From a virus, in the IMG/VR virus record IMGVR_UViG_3300002460_000047, positions 1 to 48,471 of that record: a DNA stretch of 48,471 nt; one strand, 5' to 3'. Within the stretch, counting starts at the first letter, position 1. Each line of letters opens with the position of its first letter. The notes beneath the pieces were generated by a model. That model was not told the origin of the DNA, did not search any database, and saw nothing but the letters and a program-made list of their open reading frames with translations. The translations under genes and the position numbers were made by a program. Shown here piece by piece: positions 15,165 to 25,187 of the stretch.

Positions 15165-15917
15165 GTGGCAAAATGGGTAATTAACCTCACTTGGGAAGAT
15201 GCCCCACACCTTTCAGAAGAGGATAAGAAAACTCTTCTCGAAAGTTATGCACCTAATGAGAGAGACGCAAGAAGTAAAGGATTACCAGCTTTAGGAACAG
15301 GTGCAATATACCCAATTCCAGAATCTGATATAGTAGTTCGCCCTTTTGAGATTCCGAAAGAGTGGCCTAGAGCTTACGGAATGGATGTAGGCTGGAAGAA
15401 AACAGCAGCACTTTGGGGTGCTTATAATGAACAAGAAGATACTTGGTATTTATACTCCGAGTACTATAGGGGTTATGCAGAACCCTCAGTTCATGCAGAT
15501 GCTATAAAACAGAGAGGCCCTTGGATCGCAGGCGTTATAGACCCTGCTGCTAGGGGGAGAGGGCAAAAAGACGGTTTAAGTTTATTAGATGAATATTCTA
15601 AATTAGGTTTAGAGTTATCTTTAGCAAATAATTCAGTAGAGCCTGGGATTTTAGAATGTTATCAAAGATTATCAACAGGAAGATGTAAGATTTTTTCTAC
15701 TTTACAACATTTTCTTGCAGAATATAGAATTTACCGCAGAGAAGAAAAGAAAAGCGGTGAGATAAAAGTAGTTAAATCACATGACCATTTAATGGATACA
15801 TTTAGATATTTAATAATGACTGGAATGGATGTTATGCAACCTTATCCTATGGATGAAGATGATGATGTTTCAGATACGATATATTCAACTGGTCGCTCAG
15901 AAGTATGTGGATATTAA
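15165..15917 (+). CDS. terL: Terminase large subunit, nuclease fragment (250 aa)
   Basis: GTG start 7 nt after AAGGAG. INLTWEDAPHL, GMDVGW (RNase H-like Asp), VIDPAA and HDHLMDTFRY are the usual C-terminal nuclease-domain motifs. Confidence 0.85.
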   Translation: MAKWVINLTWEDAPHLSEEDKKTLLESYAPNERDARSKGLPALGTGAIYPIPESDIVVRPFEIPKEWPRAYGMDVGWKKTAALWGAYNEQEDTWYLYSEYYRGYAEPSVHADAIKQRGPWIAGVIDPAARGRGQKDGLSLLDEYSKLGLELSLANNSVEPGILECYQRLSTGRCKIFSTLQHFLAEYRIYRREEKKSGEIKVVKSHDHLMDTFRYLIMTGMDVMQPYPMDEDDDVSDTIYSTGRSEVCGY

Positions 15918-15920
15918 TTA

Positions 15921-18071
15921 ATGCCTAATTACCAAGATCCAGAAATGTCACAAGATATGTCGCAAGACATGTCACAAGTTCCATATGTTGATGAGAATGC
16001 TGTAGACGAATACATGAATCCGACTGAACTTGGTTCCGAAACTGAAGTAAACATGGTTGAGTACGAAGAGCAAGCGCAGTCTATATTAATAGAATATTCA
16101 AAGAAAATAGATTTAACGCCCGAATTAGATGATGATAAGTTAGCAGAAATAGGTAAAAAAGTAATAACTGGGTTTGACGAAGATAAAAGATCATGCAGTG
16201 AATGGTCTATGCAAGTTGAAGAAGCTCAAAAGTTATCAAAACTAGCAAAAGAGCCTAAAAATTACCCACTACCTAGATCGGCCAATATTAAGTTTCCTCT
16301 AATTACTAATGCTTGCTATCAGTTTGCAGCAAGAACTTATCCAGAACTAATTAAAGATGGTAAAATCGTTAAAGCTGCGATTATAGGTACTGACCCAACC
16401 GGAGAGAAAGAAAAATTAGCCGATAGAATCTCTAGACATATGTCTTATCAGCTTTTGTATCAATCCTCAGAATGGGAACAATTATTAGATAAATTATTAG
16501 TATTATTACCAAATGTTGGCTTTTTATGTAAAAAAACATTCTTTGACCCATTACAAAGACGTATACGCAGTGTTCTATGTAATTATGAAGATTTATTTGT
16601 TAATTCAGAAGTGGCCGAATTAAAGCAAGCCCGCCGCATTAGTCATTGTATTCGATTGCATTTAAATGAATTAATTGAGGGTTCTCGTGCAGGAATATAT
16701 AGAAAAGAAAGCGTAGATAAATTAGTAGAAAAATACAAAACAGATGATCTTGACCCTGCGATAGAAATAATTGAGCAGCATCGTTATTTAGATTTAGACG
16801 ATGATGGGTATGAAGAACCCTATATTGTTACAGTTCTGAAAGAAGATCATCAAGTAATACGCATTATTGCTAGATATACTGAGAGCGATATTAGATTTAA
16901 TTCATCTGATGAAGTGACTAGAATAGAACCAATTCATTATTTTACAGATTACCATTTTTTACCATCCCCTGACGGTAAATTCCATAGTATGGGTTTTGGC
17001 ACCTTAATGTTGCACCTAAATGAAACTATTAATACAATTTTAAATCAATTAATAGATTCGGGAACATTAGCCAATTTAAGAGGTGGTTATATTGATGCAC
17101 GTATTAAATTACCTTCCGGACAATCTTTACATAATCCAGGAGAATGGAAACGAGTTAAAACAGTAGGGCTTATCGGTATTAAAGAAGGCATTGTGCCAAT
17201 TGAATATCGAGAACCATCAACTGTTTTATATCAATTATTATCTCTTTTAATCCAAACAGGAAGAGATTTATCATCTGCTACAGATGTATTAAGTGGTAAA
17301 CAGCAAGCAAGTAGGGCGCCCGCCAGTACAGTAGCTACCTTAGTTGAACAAGGATTAAAAATCTTTAATTCTATTCAAAGACGCTTATATAGAAGTATGA
17401 AAGACGAGTTTCAAAAGATATTTAAACTTAATAAGATTTATTTAGATCCTTATGAGTATATTACGATATTGGACGATGAATTTGCAATCGCTCAAAAAGA
17501 TTATGCAAATGAGTCAATAGATATATTACCCATTGCTGATCCTAATTTCTCAAGTGACGCACAAAGATTAGTTAAAGTTCAAGCTATGATGAATATCATT
17601 GATGATCCAGAAGTTAATCGTAAAGAAATTTTAACACGGTTCTTAAAAGCGTTAGATGTATCAGAACCAGAAAAAATAATTAAACCAGAAGACACTAATG
17701 CTCCGCCTCCGTTAGAAGCATTAGAGTTACAGGGTAAATTTGAAGAATCCGCATCTAAATTAGATTTAGAAGGTCGAAAAGTAGATTTGCAAGAAAAACA
17801 AGCTACGGTTCAAATGGCTAAAGTTAAAGCAGAGATTCTTAAATTAGAGGCGGATACGATAAAAGCATTAGCAGATGCAGAATCAGCCGAAGCTGGCAAT
17901 CAATTAGATGTATATAAATCGCATTTAGAAACATTAAAAACGAAATTAGATATGATTCTTAAAGAAAAAGAATTAGATCGAAATATAACGCAGCAAATTA
18001 TAGATGCAAGAAATATAGAAGAAGATAGAAAAGTACAGAGGGTTAAAAATGAAGCACCACCTGTTAGCTGA
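15921..18071 (+). CDS. Portal protein
   Basis: 716 aa, immediately after TerL. It has a long C-terminal coiled-coil (barrel-like) segment, as in P22-type portals. Confidence 0.7.
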   Translation: MPNYQDPEMSQDMSQDMSQVPYVDENAVDEYMNPTELGSETEVNMVEYEEQAQSILIEYSKKIDLTPELDDDKLAEIGKKVITGFDEDKRSCSEWSMQVEEAQKLSKLAKEPKNYPLPRSANIKFPLITNACYQFAARTYPELIKDGKIVKAAIIGTDPTGEKEKLADRISRHMSYQLLYQSSEWEQLLDKLLVLLPNVGFLCKKTFFDPLQRRIRSVLCNYEDLFVNSEVAELKQARRISHCIRLHLNELIEGSRAGIYRKESVDKLVEKYKTDDLDPAIEIIEQHRYLDLDDDGYEEPYIVTVLKEDHQVIRIIARYTESDIRFNSSDEVTRIEPIHYFTDYHFLPSPDGKFHSMGFGTLMLHLNETINTILNQLIDSGTLANLRGGYIDARIKLPSGQSLHNPGEWKRVKTVGLIGIKEGIVPIEYREPSTVLYQLLSLLIQTGRDLSSATDVLSGKQQASRAPASTVATLVEQGLKIFNSIQRRLYRSMKDEFQKIFKLNKIYLDPYEYITILDDEFAIAQKDYANESIDILPIADPNFSSDAQRLVKVQAMMNIIDDPEVNRKEILTRFLKALDVSEPEKIIKPEDTNAPPPLEALELQGKFEESASKLDLEGRKVDLQEKQATVQMAKVKAEILKLEADTIKALADAESAEAGNQLDVYKSHLETLKTKLDMILKEKELDRNITQQIIDARNIEEDRKVQRVKNEAPPVS
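15945..15980 (+). repeat. Three tandem 12-nt units (ATGTCNCAAGAN) encoding MSQD-MSQD-MSQ
   Basis: atgtcacaagat / atgtcgcaagac / atgtcacaagtt at the portal N-terminus. Confidence 0.9.
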
Positions 18072-18288
18072 TTGGTATCAAAATAAAGTTACTCAATTAA
18101 TGTTTGAGTTATTAGAAGAATATAAAAAAGAAGCAGGGGATGTTATTCTTAATTCTCAAGAAATTTATTCGGATGCAGGATGTAAAAATATAGCTAGATT
18201 AATTGGACAGTGTCAATTAATTGAACAGCTAAAAGAAGTAGAAGAATTTTTTCCTAGTGAAAAATTAGAACAAATAGGAGAAGAATAG
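18049..18288 (+). CDS. Hypothetical protein (79 aa)
   Basis: ORF with GAGGG 6 nt upstream. It overlaps the portal 3' end by 23 nt. Confidence 0.5.
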   Translation: MKHHLLADWYQNKVTQLMFELLEEYKKEAGDVILNSQEIYSDAGCKNIARLIGQCQLIEQLKEVEEFFPSEKLEQIGEE

Positions 18289-18291
18289 AGT

Positions 18292-18591
18292 ATGTTAGTC
18301 CCTTTAAGTAATAAAGTTATTATTAAAGTAGGTAAAATTGAAGAGAAAGTAGGGTCAATTTATATGCCCTCCGAAATCGCTGATAGAGAACAATTAGCAA
18401 AAACTACAGGTAAAGTAGTATCAATGGGCCCGTTAGTATTTGCTGATGAAGTACAAAATCCCATTAAAATAGGAGATACTGTATATTTTCTTCGTTATGG
18501 TGGAATGCAACATATAGAAGAAGAAAATGGTGAGAAAGTTGATTATAGAATTGTAAATGATATAGATATAGTCGCAATAAGTAGAGGTTAA
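18292..18591 (+). CDS. groES: GroES/Cpn10-like co-chaperonin
   Basis: By-eye alignment to E. coli GroES: PLSNKVIIKV vs PLHDRVIVKR, GKVVSMGP vs GEVLAVGNG, IKIGDTVYF vs VKVGDIVIF, and DIDIVAI vs ESDILAI. 99 aa. Confidence 0.65.
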   Translation: MLVPLSNKVIIKVGKIEEKVGSIYMPSEIADREQLAKTTGKVVSMGPLVFADEVQNPIKIGDTVYFLRYGGMQHIEEENGEKVDYRIVNDIDIVAISRG

Positions 18592-18592
18592 A

Positions 18593-19390
18593 ATGTCAGA
18601 AGAAAAAGAAGTAAGTGCAGAGAAAGTTGAGACTAAAGCGGATGTAGTCTCTGAATTATCGGATGTAGAAGTACATGCAATGGAATTAGGTTGGAAGCCT
18701 AAATCAGAATTTAAGGATGATAATAAAGAATTTGTTAGTGCCGATGAGTATTTACGCCGCGGCCCATTAATTAAGGAAATAATGTCTAGGAATAAGGAAA
18801 TTCGAGAAATGAAAGATACATTAAAAAAACTTTCAGACCATATGTCTAATGCCGAACAAGCCGCATACCAACGTGGTATGCAAGCTCTTGAACAAAAGAG
18901 AGAAGAGGCAATTTTATCGGGAGATGTTGAAACCGTTAAAGCATTAGATAAACAAAAAAGTGATATGAGGGATCAATTAAATAATGGATCTCCTCAGGAT
19001 AAATTAACTAAGGAAGAAAAAGATTTTATTGATAAACACAGTACTTGGTTTAATGATAAACCTGAAAATAGAGAAATAACAGAGGCAGCAGTATTTTTCG
19101 ATCAATATCTGTTAAAAACAAGAACTGATTTAACTCGAGTAGACCAATTAAAATTAGTTGAAGAAAGAGTAAAGAAATTATATCCGGATCAATTTAGTAA
19201 TCCAAAACAAAGTATGCCACCTTCGGTAGCAGTATCTAGTGGCGGAAAAGGATCATCTCGTAGTTCAGCCGTTGAGAAAATGACGGCACAACAACGAGAT
19301 ATTGCAGAACAATTTGTACGCACTATTCCAGGGTATACATTAGAACGTTATGCAAAAGAATTAGATAAACAAGGTAACTTAGGTAAATAG
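18593..19390 (+). CDS. Putative scaffolding protein
   Basis: Highly charged, helical, 265 aa. Positioned between the portal and coat genes. Confidence 0.45.
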   Translation: MSEEKEVSAEKVETKADVVSELSDVEVHAMELGWKPKSEFKDDNKEFVSADEYLRRGPLIKEIMSRNKEIREMKDTLKKLSDHMSNAEQAAYQRGMQALEQKREEAILSGDVETVKALDKQKSDMRDQLNNGSPQDKLTKEEKDFIDKHSTWFNDKPENREITEAAVFFDQYLLKTRTDLTRVDQLKLVEERVKKLYPDQFSNPKQSMPPSVAVSSGGKGSSRSSAVEKMTAQQRDIAEQFVRTIPGYTLERYAKELDKQGNLGK

Positions 19391-19400
19391 AGAGATAATT

Positions 19401-19907
19401 ATGACTAAAAAATCTAATAAAGTAATAAAAGAAGTTGTAGAAGTGAACTCAGAAGTAGTACAGTCAGAATCTGTAAAAGTAACTTCTGCAAAAGAAGAAA
19501 CAAGAGAAGAGTTAGTGGCTCGTCTGCGAAAACGCAGAGTACCATTACATGAGAGAGGACCTCTATATATTGACCCGAAATATAAAAGACCAGGATTTGT
19601 CTATCGCTGGGTTAAAGATTTAGAAGGTAATTTAGAAAAATTCATGAATGACGGTTATGAACCAGTTAAGAGAAAAGTTGAAGTAGGAGACTCAAAAGTA
19701 GCTATATCGCATAAATTAGGTAGTGTAGTAACAGCTCCATCTGGTGGCGGCATTCTTCTTGTGTTATGTGAAATTCCTGTTGAAATTCATAAAGAAATTC
19801 AAGCTGAAAAAGAGCAAGTAAATACAGAGAACGATAAAGCATTAGGTAAAACAGGTATTCCAACACAAATTGGCGAAATTCAAATAGGGAAAGATACATA
19901 TAAATAA
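19401..19907 (+). CDS. Hypothetical head-module protein (168 aa)
   Basis: ORF with an RBS, in the head module. Confidence 0.55.
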   Translation: MTKKSNKVIKEVVEVNSEVVQSESVKVTSAKEETREELVARLRKRRVPLHERGPLYIDPKYKRPGFVYRWVKDLEGNLEKFMNDGYEPVKRKVEVGDSKVAISHKLGSVVTAPSGGGILLVLCEIPVEIHKEIQAEKEQVNTENDKALGKTGIPTQIGEIQIGKDTYK

Positions 19908-19925
19908 AAATTGGAGAAATAAATT

Positions 19926-20492
19926 ATGGCAAATGTAGATGCAGCCTTTGGTGCGATACCAATTAAACATCTAGATGGCGCTCCTTATAACGGCATGGTA
20001 AATGAATATTCTATACCAGCAGCCGATGGTACTGCAGTTTATCTAGGCGATTTTGTAAAATCCGCCGGATCTGCTGATACTGACGGCGTACCTGATGTTG
20101 CACAAGCAGCAGCAGGTGATGCATTATTAGGAGTAGTTGTCGGATTTAGAGCTGACCCCTCTGATCTTACGTTGCAATACCGTAAGGCAAGCACTTTACG
20201 ATATGCACTAGTTGCTGATGCCCCTGATGTTATTGTAGCAATGCAAGAAGATTCAGATGGCGGCGCACTAGCAGTAGCTGATGTGGGAAATAACGCAGAT
20301 ATTATAGTTGCTGCGGGTAGTACTGTTACAGGTCGTTCCAAAATGGAAGTTGATTCTAGTACTAAAGCAACCACAACGGCTCAAGTTCGCGTTTTACGAT
20401 TATACAAAAATAGTGAAAATGCTACAGGCAATCAAGCTATTTGGGAATGTATGGTTAATGAACATGAACATAAATCAACAACTGGTACTTAA
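19926..20492 (+). CDS. Putative capsid decoration/accessory protein (188 aa)
   Basis: Ala/Gly/Asp-rich, directly upstream of the coat gene. Function is inferred from position only. Confidence 0.35.
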   Translation: MANVDAAFGAIPIKHLDGAPYNGMVNEYSIPAADGTAVYLGDFVKSAGSADTDGVPDVAQAAAGDALLGVVVGFRADPSDLTLQYRKASTLRYALVADAPDVIVAMQEDSDGGALAVADVGNNADIIVAAGSTVTGRSKMEVDSSTKATTTAQVRVLRLYKNSENATGNQAIWECMVNEHEHKSTTGT

Positions 20493-20508
20493 TTAGAGGT
20501 GTAAACTT

Positions 20509-21423
20509 ATGGGTATTATGAATACAGGTTCCTTTCCCCAAGATCTACGCCCCGGCATTAAGGAATGGTTTGGGCTTAAATATAAAGATTGGGAATCTTT
20601 TTACGATAAAATTTTTGAAATGAGAGCTTCATCTCGTAATTATGAAGAAGACGCTTTAGTAAGTAGCTTTGGTCTAGTGGTTGAAAAACCTGAAGGATCA
20701 GCGGTGTCTTACGATACAGCAAATCAAGGCATTACTCCTAGATATAGACATATTTCTTATGGTCTAGGGTTTGTAATCACGCAAGAAATGATGGATGATG
20801 GGATTGCGATGTCAAATGCCGAAAAATTTGTGAAAGCGTTAAAATATTCAGCTCTTCGAACAAAAGAAGTAGTTGCCGCGAATATTCTTAATCGCGCATT
20901 TAACTCCTCATATACAATGAGTGGTGGTGACGGTAAAGAAATGTGTGCAACGGATCATCCTACACGTGCGGGAGATCAATCTAATGAATTAACTACGGCG
21001 GCAGATTTATCTGAAGCTGCTCTAGAACAAGCATTAATTGATATTCATAACGCGAAAGATGATAGAGGTTTAAAAATTGCAATGCGAGCAAAAAAATTAA
21101 TTATTCCTGTGAATTTAATTTTTGAAGCACAGCGCATTTTAAAATCTCCTTTACGTGTTTCGACTGCTGACAATGATATTAATGCTTTAAAGAGCCTTAA
21201 TTATATTCCAGATGGTGTAGTAGCTAGTCCTTATTTAACGGACACTGACGCTTGGTTTTTACTAACTGATTGTCCAGATGGATTAGTTTATTATAACAGA
21301 AAGGATATGGTTGTAGATACTGATAATGATCATGATACAAATAACATGAGAACAAAAGTTTTATACAGATGTTCTTTTGGTCATTCTGATTTTAGAGGTA
21401 TTTTTGGTTCTCCAGGGGCTTAG
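20509..21423 (+). CDS. Major capsid protein
   Basis: 304 aa with a strong RBS (AGAGGTG). It follows the scaffold-like gene and is followed by a 10-bp hairpin. Confidence 0.65.
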   Translation: MGIMNTGSFPQDLRPGIKEWFGLKYKDWESFYDKIFEMRASSRNYEEDALVSSFGLVVEKPEGSAVSYDTANQGITPRYRHISYGLGFVITQEMMDDGIAMSNAEKFVKALKYSALRTKEVVAANILNRAFNSSYTMSGGDGKEMCATDHPTRAGDQSNELTTAADLSEAALEQALIDIHNAKDDRGLKIAMRAKKLIIPVNLIFEAQRILKSPLRVSTADNDINALKSLNYIPDGVVASPYLTDTDAWFLLTDCPDGLVYYNRKDMVVDTDNDHDTNNMRTKVLYRCSFGHSDFRGIFGSPGA

Positions 21424-21451
21424 ATTTAACCTAACTATACGTGTTTGTTGC

Positions 21452-21478
21452 GCCACTTATAGACCTTTTATAAGTGGC
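21452..21478 (+). terminator. Strong hairpin after the coat gene (attenuator or RNA-stabilising element)
   Basis: GCCACTTATA-gaccttt-TATAAGTGGC, a perfect 10-bp stem with no U tract. Confidence 0.4.
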
Positions 21479-21517
21479 CCGACAACCGTACTACGGTGTA
21501 TAACGAGGTAAATAGAT

Positions 21518-23164
21518 ATGCCAAGATCAAAATATTCAAGATTTAAAGATGGTTTACAGGTGGGTGGACTAGCTATTCAAGTTCCTCACGCTGGCCGTAC
21601 TTATTATGTAAATGGCAGCACAACCGCTGCTGAATTACAGCCTTTAGGTATAGGCGGGAGTGATGGAAATAGTGGCTTAACCCCTGAACAACCATTAGCG
21701 ACAATTGATGCTGCAATTAATAAATGTAGCGCGGGGAGAGGGGATACAATTATTGTATTACCTGGTCACACCGAATCTATTACAACTGCAACTGGGATTG
21801 TTCCAGATGTTTCACATGTAAAAATTGTTGGTATGGGTAAAGGTGAAAAACGTCCAGTTATTACTTTTGCGACTAATACTACTGCAAATATTCCAGTTAG
21901 TGGTGCTAATGTCGAAATTTCAGGTTTAGTATTTAAATGTAATGTTGCTTCGCAAGTCGCAATGATTACAGTTACTGCTAAAGACGTAGAAATCCATGAT
22001 TGTTCCTTCCGTGAAGGTACAGCCACAGGGTTAAATTTCGTTACAATTGGTGCAGCAGATAATGATGCAGATCGTTTTCATATTCATGATTGCGATTTCT
22101 ACATGCCAACTGCTGGTAACGGGGATCATGCAATTGAAGTTCTCTTTGATATGGTTAATGGTCGTATTGAAGATTGCGAAATTGACGGTGATTTCGATGA
22201 AGGTGGTATTTTAATTCCTGCAGCAGGTGATGCTCAGGTTAATTTACGTATTCTTCGTTGCAATGTTAAAAACAGATTAACAAACGTAGGCGCAATTGAT
22301 ATTGATGGTACTGCTTCAAGTGGTATTATTCAAGATTGCTTACTTAGAACTGACACTCAGGCAACAGCATTAGATAGTGGCTCATTAGCCGTTGATAATG
22401 TTCGCTGGGCTGACGAAACAGATCAAGTTGCAGCCGTGGTTTCTGTTATTGCAGAGCAAGACAGTGTTTCAAATGCTATTGGTGTAGACGATGCAGATAA
22501 TCTATTTGCATCTACTAACGTAGCAGCTAATCGAGATGGGTCTGTATTAGAACGCTTAGAAGCGATCTATGCAGCTCAAGTAGATGATGTAGCTGCTAAT
22601 ATGATAGGTATTGATGATGCTAATAATGTTGCAGCTACTACAAATGTAGTAGCAAACGTAGATGGTTCCATTCTGGAACGTTTAGAAGCTCTTATGGATC
22701 CTACTGGCGGTTATCACCCAGGGTTAGGGTTTAGAGTGACTAAAACATCTAATTTAGCCGATGGTGCAGGCACAGACGATCTCTTTACTGTAACAGGAAG
22801 TGTTCTTGTAAATTTACTAATTGGTGAAGTAACTACGGCAGTAGCTACAACTACAACGATGAAATTACGAGACACTACTAATTCAGTAGATTTATGTGCA
22901 GCAACTACTATTACATCAGATGCTGATGGAACGCAATATATGCTAACAGGTGTTATTTCTGAAATTCTTAATGGTGCAGCAAATGCTCCCGTTATTGGAA
23001 ATGCATCTATGGTAAATGGCGGTACAAGCAGACTTGTATTAGGAAACGTTGCAGGATCAAGTACAATTTCACATGTACTAGATGCAGCAGGAACAGGTGC
23101 AGTTTTGTGGACAATGTATTATTTACCTTTGTCTTCAACAGCAACTGTTGCAGCAGCAGCTTAA
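21518..23164 (+). CDS. Tail spike / fibre with predicted right-handed beta-helix
   Basis: The N-terminal pattern YYVNGS...SDGNSGLTPEQPLATIDAAINKCSAGRGDTIIVLPGHTE is typical of beta-helix (pectate-lyase-fold) proteins. There is an internal 41-aa duplication. Confidence 0.5.
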   Translation: MPRSKYSRFKDGLQVGGLAIQVPHAGRTYYVNGSTTAAELQPLGIGGSDGNSGLTPEQPLATIDAAINKCSAGRGDTIIVLPGHTESITTATGIVPDVSHVKIVGMGKGEKRPVITFATNTTANIPVSGANVEISGLVFKCNVASQVAMITVTAKDVEIHDCSFREGTATGLNFVTIGAADNDADRFHIHDCDFYMPTAGNGDHAIEVLFDMVNGRIEDCEIDGDFDEGGILIPAAGDAQVNLRILRCNVKNRLTNVGAIDIDGTASSGIIQDCLLRTDTQATALDSGSLAVDNVRWADETDQVAAVVSVIAEQDSVSNAIGVDDADNLFASTNVAANRDGSVLERLEAIYAAQVDDVAANMIGIDDANNVAATTNVVANVDGSILERLEALMDPTGGYHPGLGFRVTKTSNLADGAGTDDLFTVTGSVLVNLLIGEVTTAVATTTTMKLRDTTNSVDLCAATTITSDADGTQYMLTGVISEILNGAANAPVIGNASMVNGGTSRLVLGNVAGSSTISHVLDAAGTGAVLWTMYYLPLSSTATVAAAA

Positions 23165-23176
23165 CTTTAAAACTCA

Positions 23177-23206
23177 GGGGAGGAGTATATCTCCCCACTA
23201 ATTTTT
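23177..23206 (+). terminator. Rho-independent terminator
   Basis: GGGGAG-gagtatat-CTCCCC followed by actaaTTTTT. Confidence 0.55.
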
Positions 23207-23260
23207 AAAGATTGAATGGAGACAATCTAGTATAACTCGAATATAACAGAGGATAATATT

Positions 23261-23668
23261 TTGCCAAACACAATTACAAATACAAGACAAATTGCGGGAA
23301 CACGTAATATTGTTCAATATCTAACTATTGTAAGCGATGGGTCTGAAGAAACTGATTATCTGGTTTATGATTCCTCCGCTGTAGCAACAGTTATTGGGAT
23401 CTCTGATCCATTAGATAGCACTATTAAAAAGGTTTATGCAAGTTTAAGTGCAGCCTCCACCGCCCGCGCAAGACTAGAATTTGATGCTGATACTGATATA
23501 TTAGCATTAGATATTCCAGCTGGTCAGATAATTGATAAAGATTTTAGAGAAATCGGCGGGTTAGAAAATACAGCAGGTACAGGTATTACCGGAGATATTA
23601 CATTGACTACGACTGGTTTAGAGTCTGGTGATTTAATAACTATCATTCTTGAAGTAATTCCTAACTAA
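23261..23668 (+). CDS. Hypothetical virion protein (135 aa)
   Basis: TTG start with GAGGA upstream, in the fibre module. Confidence 0.5.
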   Translation: MPNTITNTRQIAGTRNIVQYLTIVSDGSEETDYLVYDSSAVATVIGISDPLDSTIKKVYASLSAASTARARLEFDADTDILALDIPAGQIIDKDFREIGGLENTAGTGITGDITLTTTGLESGDLITIILEVIPN

Positions 23669-23678
23669 TAGGTGTTAA

Positions 23679-25187
23679 ATGGGAACTCTAACTGGAAGTA
23701 CAATTGCCTCTACATATAAGGATTTAATACAAACAGGGAATTCGGGCGGAGGTGTTGCAGGCACATTAACCGCTTTAAATGACGGTAATGGCACAGCTTT
23801 AGCTGTTAAAATTACCTCTAGCCTGTTTCAATTTGGAAATACTGGGTTTGGTATTGCAGGTACGGATGGTACATATACATTAAAGGTTGTACCAGGGTCA
23901 AGTTTGACCGCAGATCGTACATTAACAGTTACTACTGGAGATGCGGCTAGAACACTAACGTTTTCCGGCGATTTAAATATTGCTGCAAATTTTACTACAA
24001 GCGGCGCTAATGCATTAACGTTAACAACTACGGGAGCAACTAATGTTACTCTCCCAACTACTGGTACTTTAAGTACAGTAAGTGGTACAGAAACACTTAC
24101 AAATAAGACAATTAATTTAACCAGCAATACGTTTGTTAGTACATTAGGACAAATAAACACTGCAATTAGTGATGATGATCTAGTTGGCGAAGCGGCAACT
24201 CAAACGTTAACAAATAAGACAATTGCTTTAGGCAGTAATACTGTTAGTGGTACGCTAGCCCAATTTAATACAGCAGTCACAGATGCAGACTTAGTCAGTC
24301 TTACTGGAGCAGAAACATTAACTAGCAAAACATTAACAGCCCCTGTAATTAATGTTAATGATAATGATTTATCAATTCGTGATACTGCTGACACTACTAA
24401 AATAGCTCAATTTGAATGTGCCAGTATTACTACAGGAACTACGAGAACATTCACATTACCAAATGCGACTACTACACTTGTTGGTATTGATGTAACCCAA
24501 ACCCTCACTAATAAAACGTTAACTGCGCCAGTAATTGCAACTATTGTTAATACTGGCACATTAACGTTACCTACCAGTACAGATACATTGGTTGGGCGCG
24601 CCACAACTGATACTTTAACTAATAAAACACTTACTTCCCCCACATTAACTACTCCAGCATTAGGAACCCCTGCTTCTGGTGCATTAACAAATTGTACAAG
24701 TATTCCTGTAGCTCAAGCTACAGGAAATTTACCAGTTGCTAATTTGAATAGTGGAACTGGGGCAACATCTTCTACTTTTTGGAGAGGGGATGCAACATGG
24801 GCATCCGCCGGATTAGTAGCAGCAACACAAGCCGAAATGGAAACCGCCTCAAGCACTACAGTTGCAGTTACTCCTGGGCGACAAAAGAATCATCCAAGTC
24901 ATGCGAAAGCATTTGCCGAAGCTACCTCTGTTGGTCCGACTATTGAAGAATCTTATGGTATTACATCATTAACAGATATTTCAACAGGCATTGTAGATTA
25001 CACTCTATCAACAGCCATGACTACTACAACTTATGGTATCCAATGTGCTATTAGAGGAGCTACTGCAGGAATTATATCAGCAAATCAAAGCTCAACTACC
25101 GTTTCTAGAGTACGAAGTTGGTCAGATTTTGGTGTTACACTAGCTTATTTTCCACAAGCACTTTCTTGGTATGGGGATCACGCATAA
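23679..25187 (+). CDS. Tail fibre protein with TLTNKT repeats
   Basis: At least six (E/Q/D)TLT(N/S)KT(I/L) repeat units, Thr/Gly/Ala-rich. Confidence 0.65.
   Translation: MGTLTGSTIASTYKDLIQTGNSGGGVAGTLTALNDGNGTALAVKITSSLFQFGNTGFGIAGTDGTYTLKVVPGSSLTADRTLTVTTGDAARTLTFSGDLNIAANFTTSGANALTLTTTGATNVTLPTTGTLSTVSGTETLTNKTINLTSNTFVSTLGQINTAISDDDLVGEAATQTLTNKTIALGSNTVSGTLAQFNTAVTDADLVSLTGAETLTSKTLTAPVINVNDNDLSIRDTADTTKIAQFECASITTGTTRTFTLPNATTTLVGIDVTQTLTNKTLTAPVIATIVNTGTLTLPTSTDTLVGRATTDTLTNKTLTSPTLTTPALGTPASGALTNCTSIPVAQATGNLPVANLNSGTGATSSTFWRGDATWASAGLVAATQAEMETASSTTVAVTPGRQKNHPSHAKAFAEATSVGPTIEESYGITSLTDISTGIVDYTLSTAMTTTTYGIQCAIRGATAGIISANQSSTTVSRVRSWSDFGVTLAYFPQALSWYGDHA

Noticed and set aside
20039-20374. 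Antisense and alternative-frame ORFs inside structural genes. On the minus strand: 19702..19899, 20039..20374, 21766..22026, 23007..23198, 23828..24160, 24200..24394, 24407..24643, 25228..25506, 25763..25945, 26074..26286, 27430..27615, 28503..28694, 30790..30975, 31328..31573, 31741..31929 and 32831..33028. On the plus strand: 20308..20496 and 31954..32154.
   Set aside because: They lie wholly within longer ORFs that have recognisable virion-protein features and proper RBS/coupling. Their products are low-complexity mirror translations (V/T/S/A-rich), and none has a start context.
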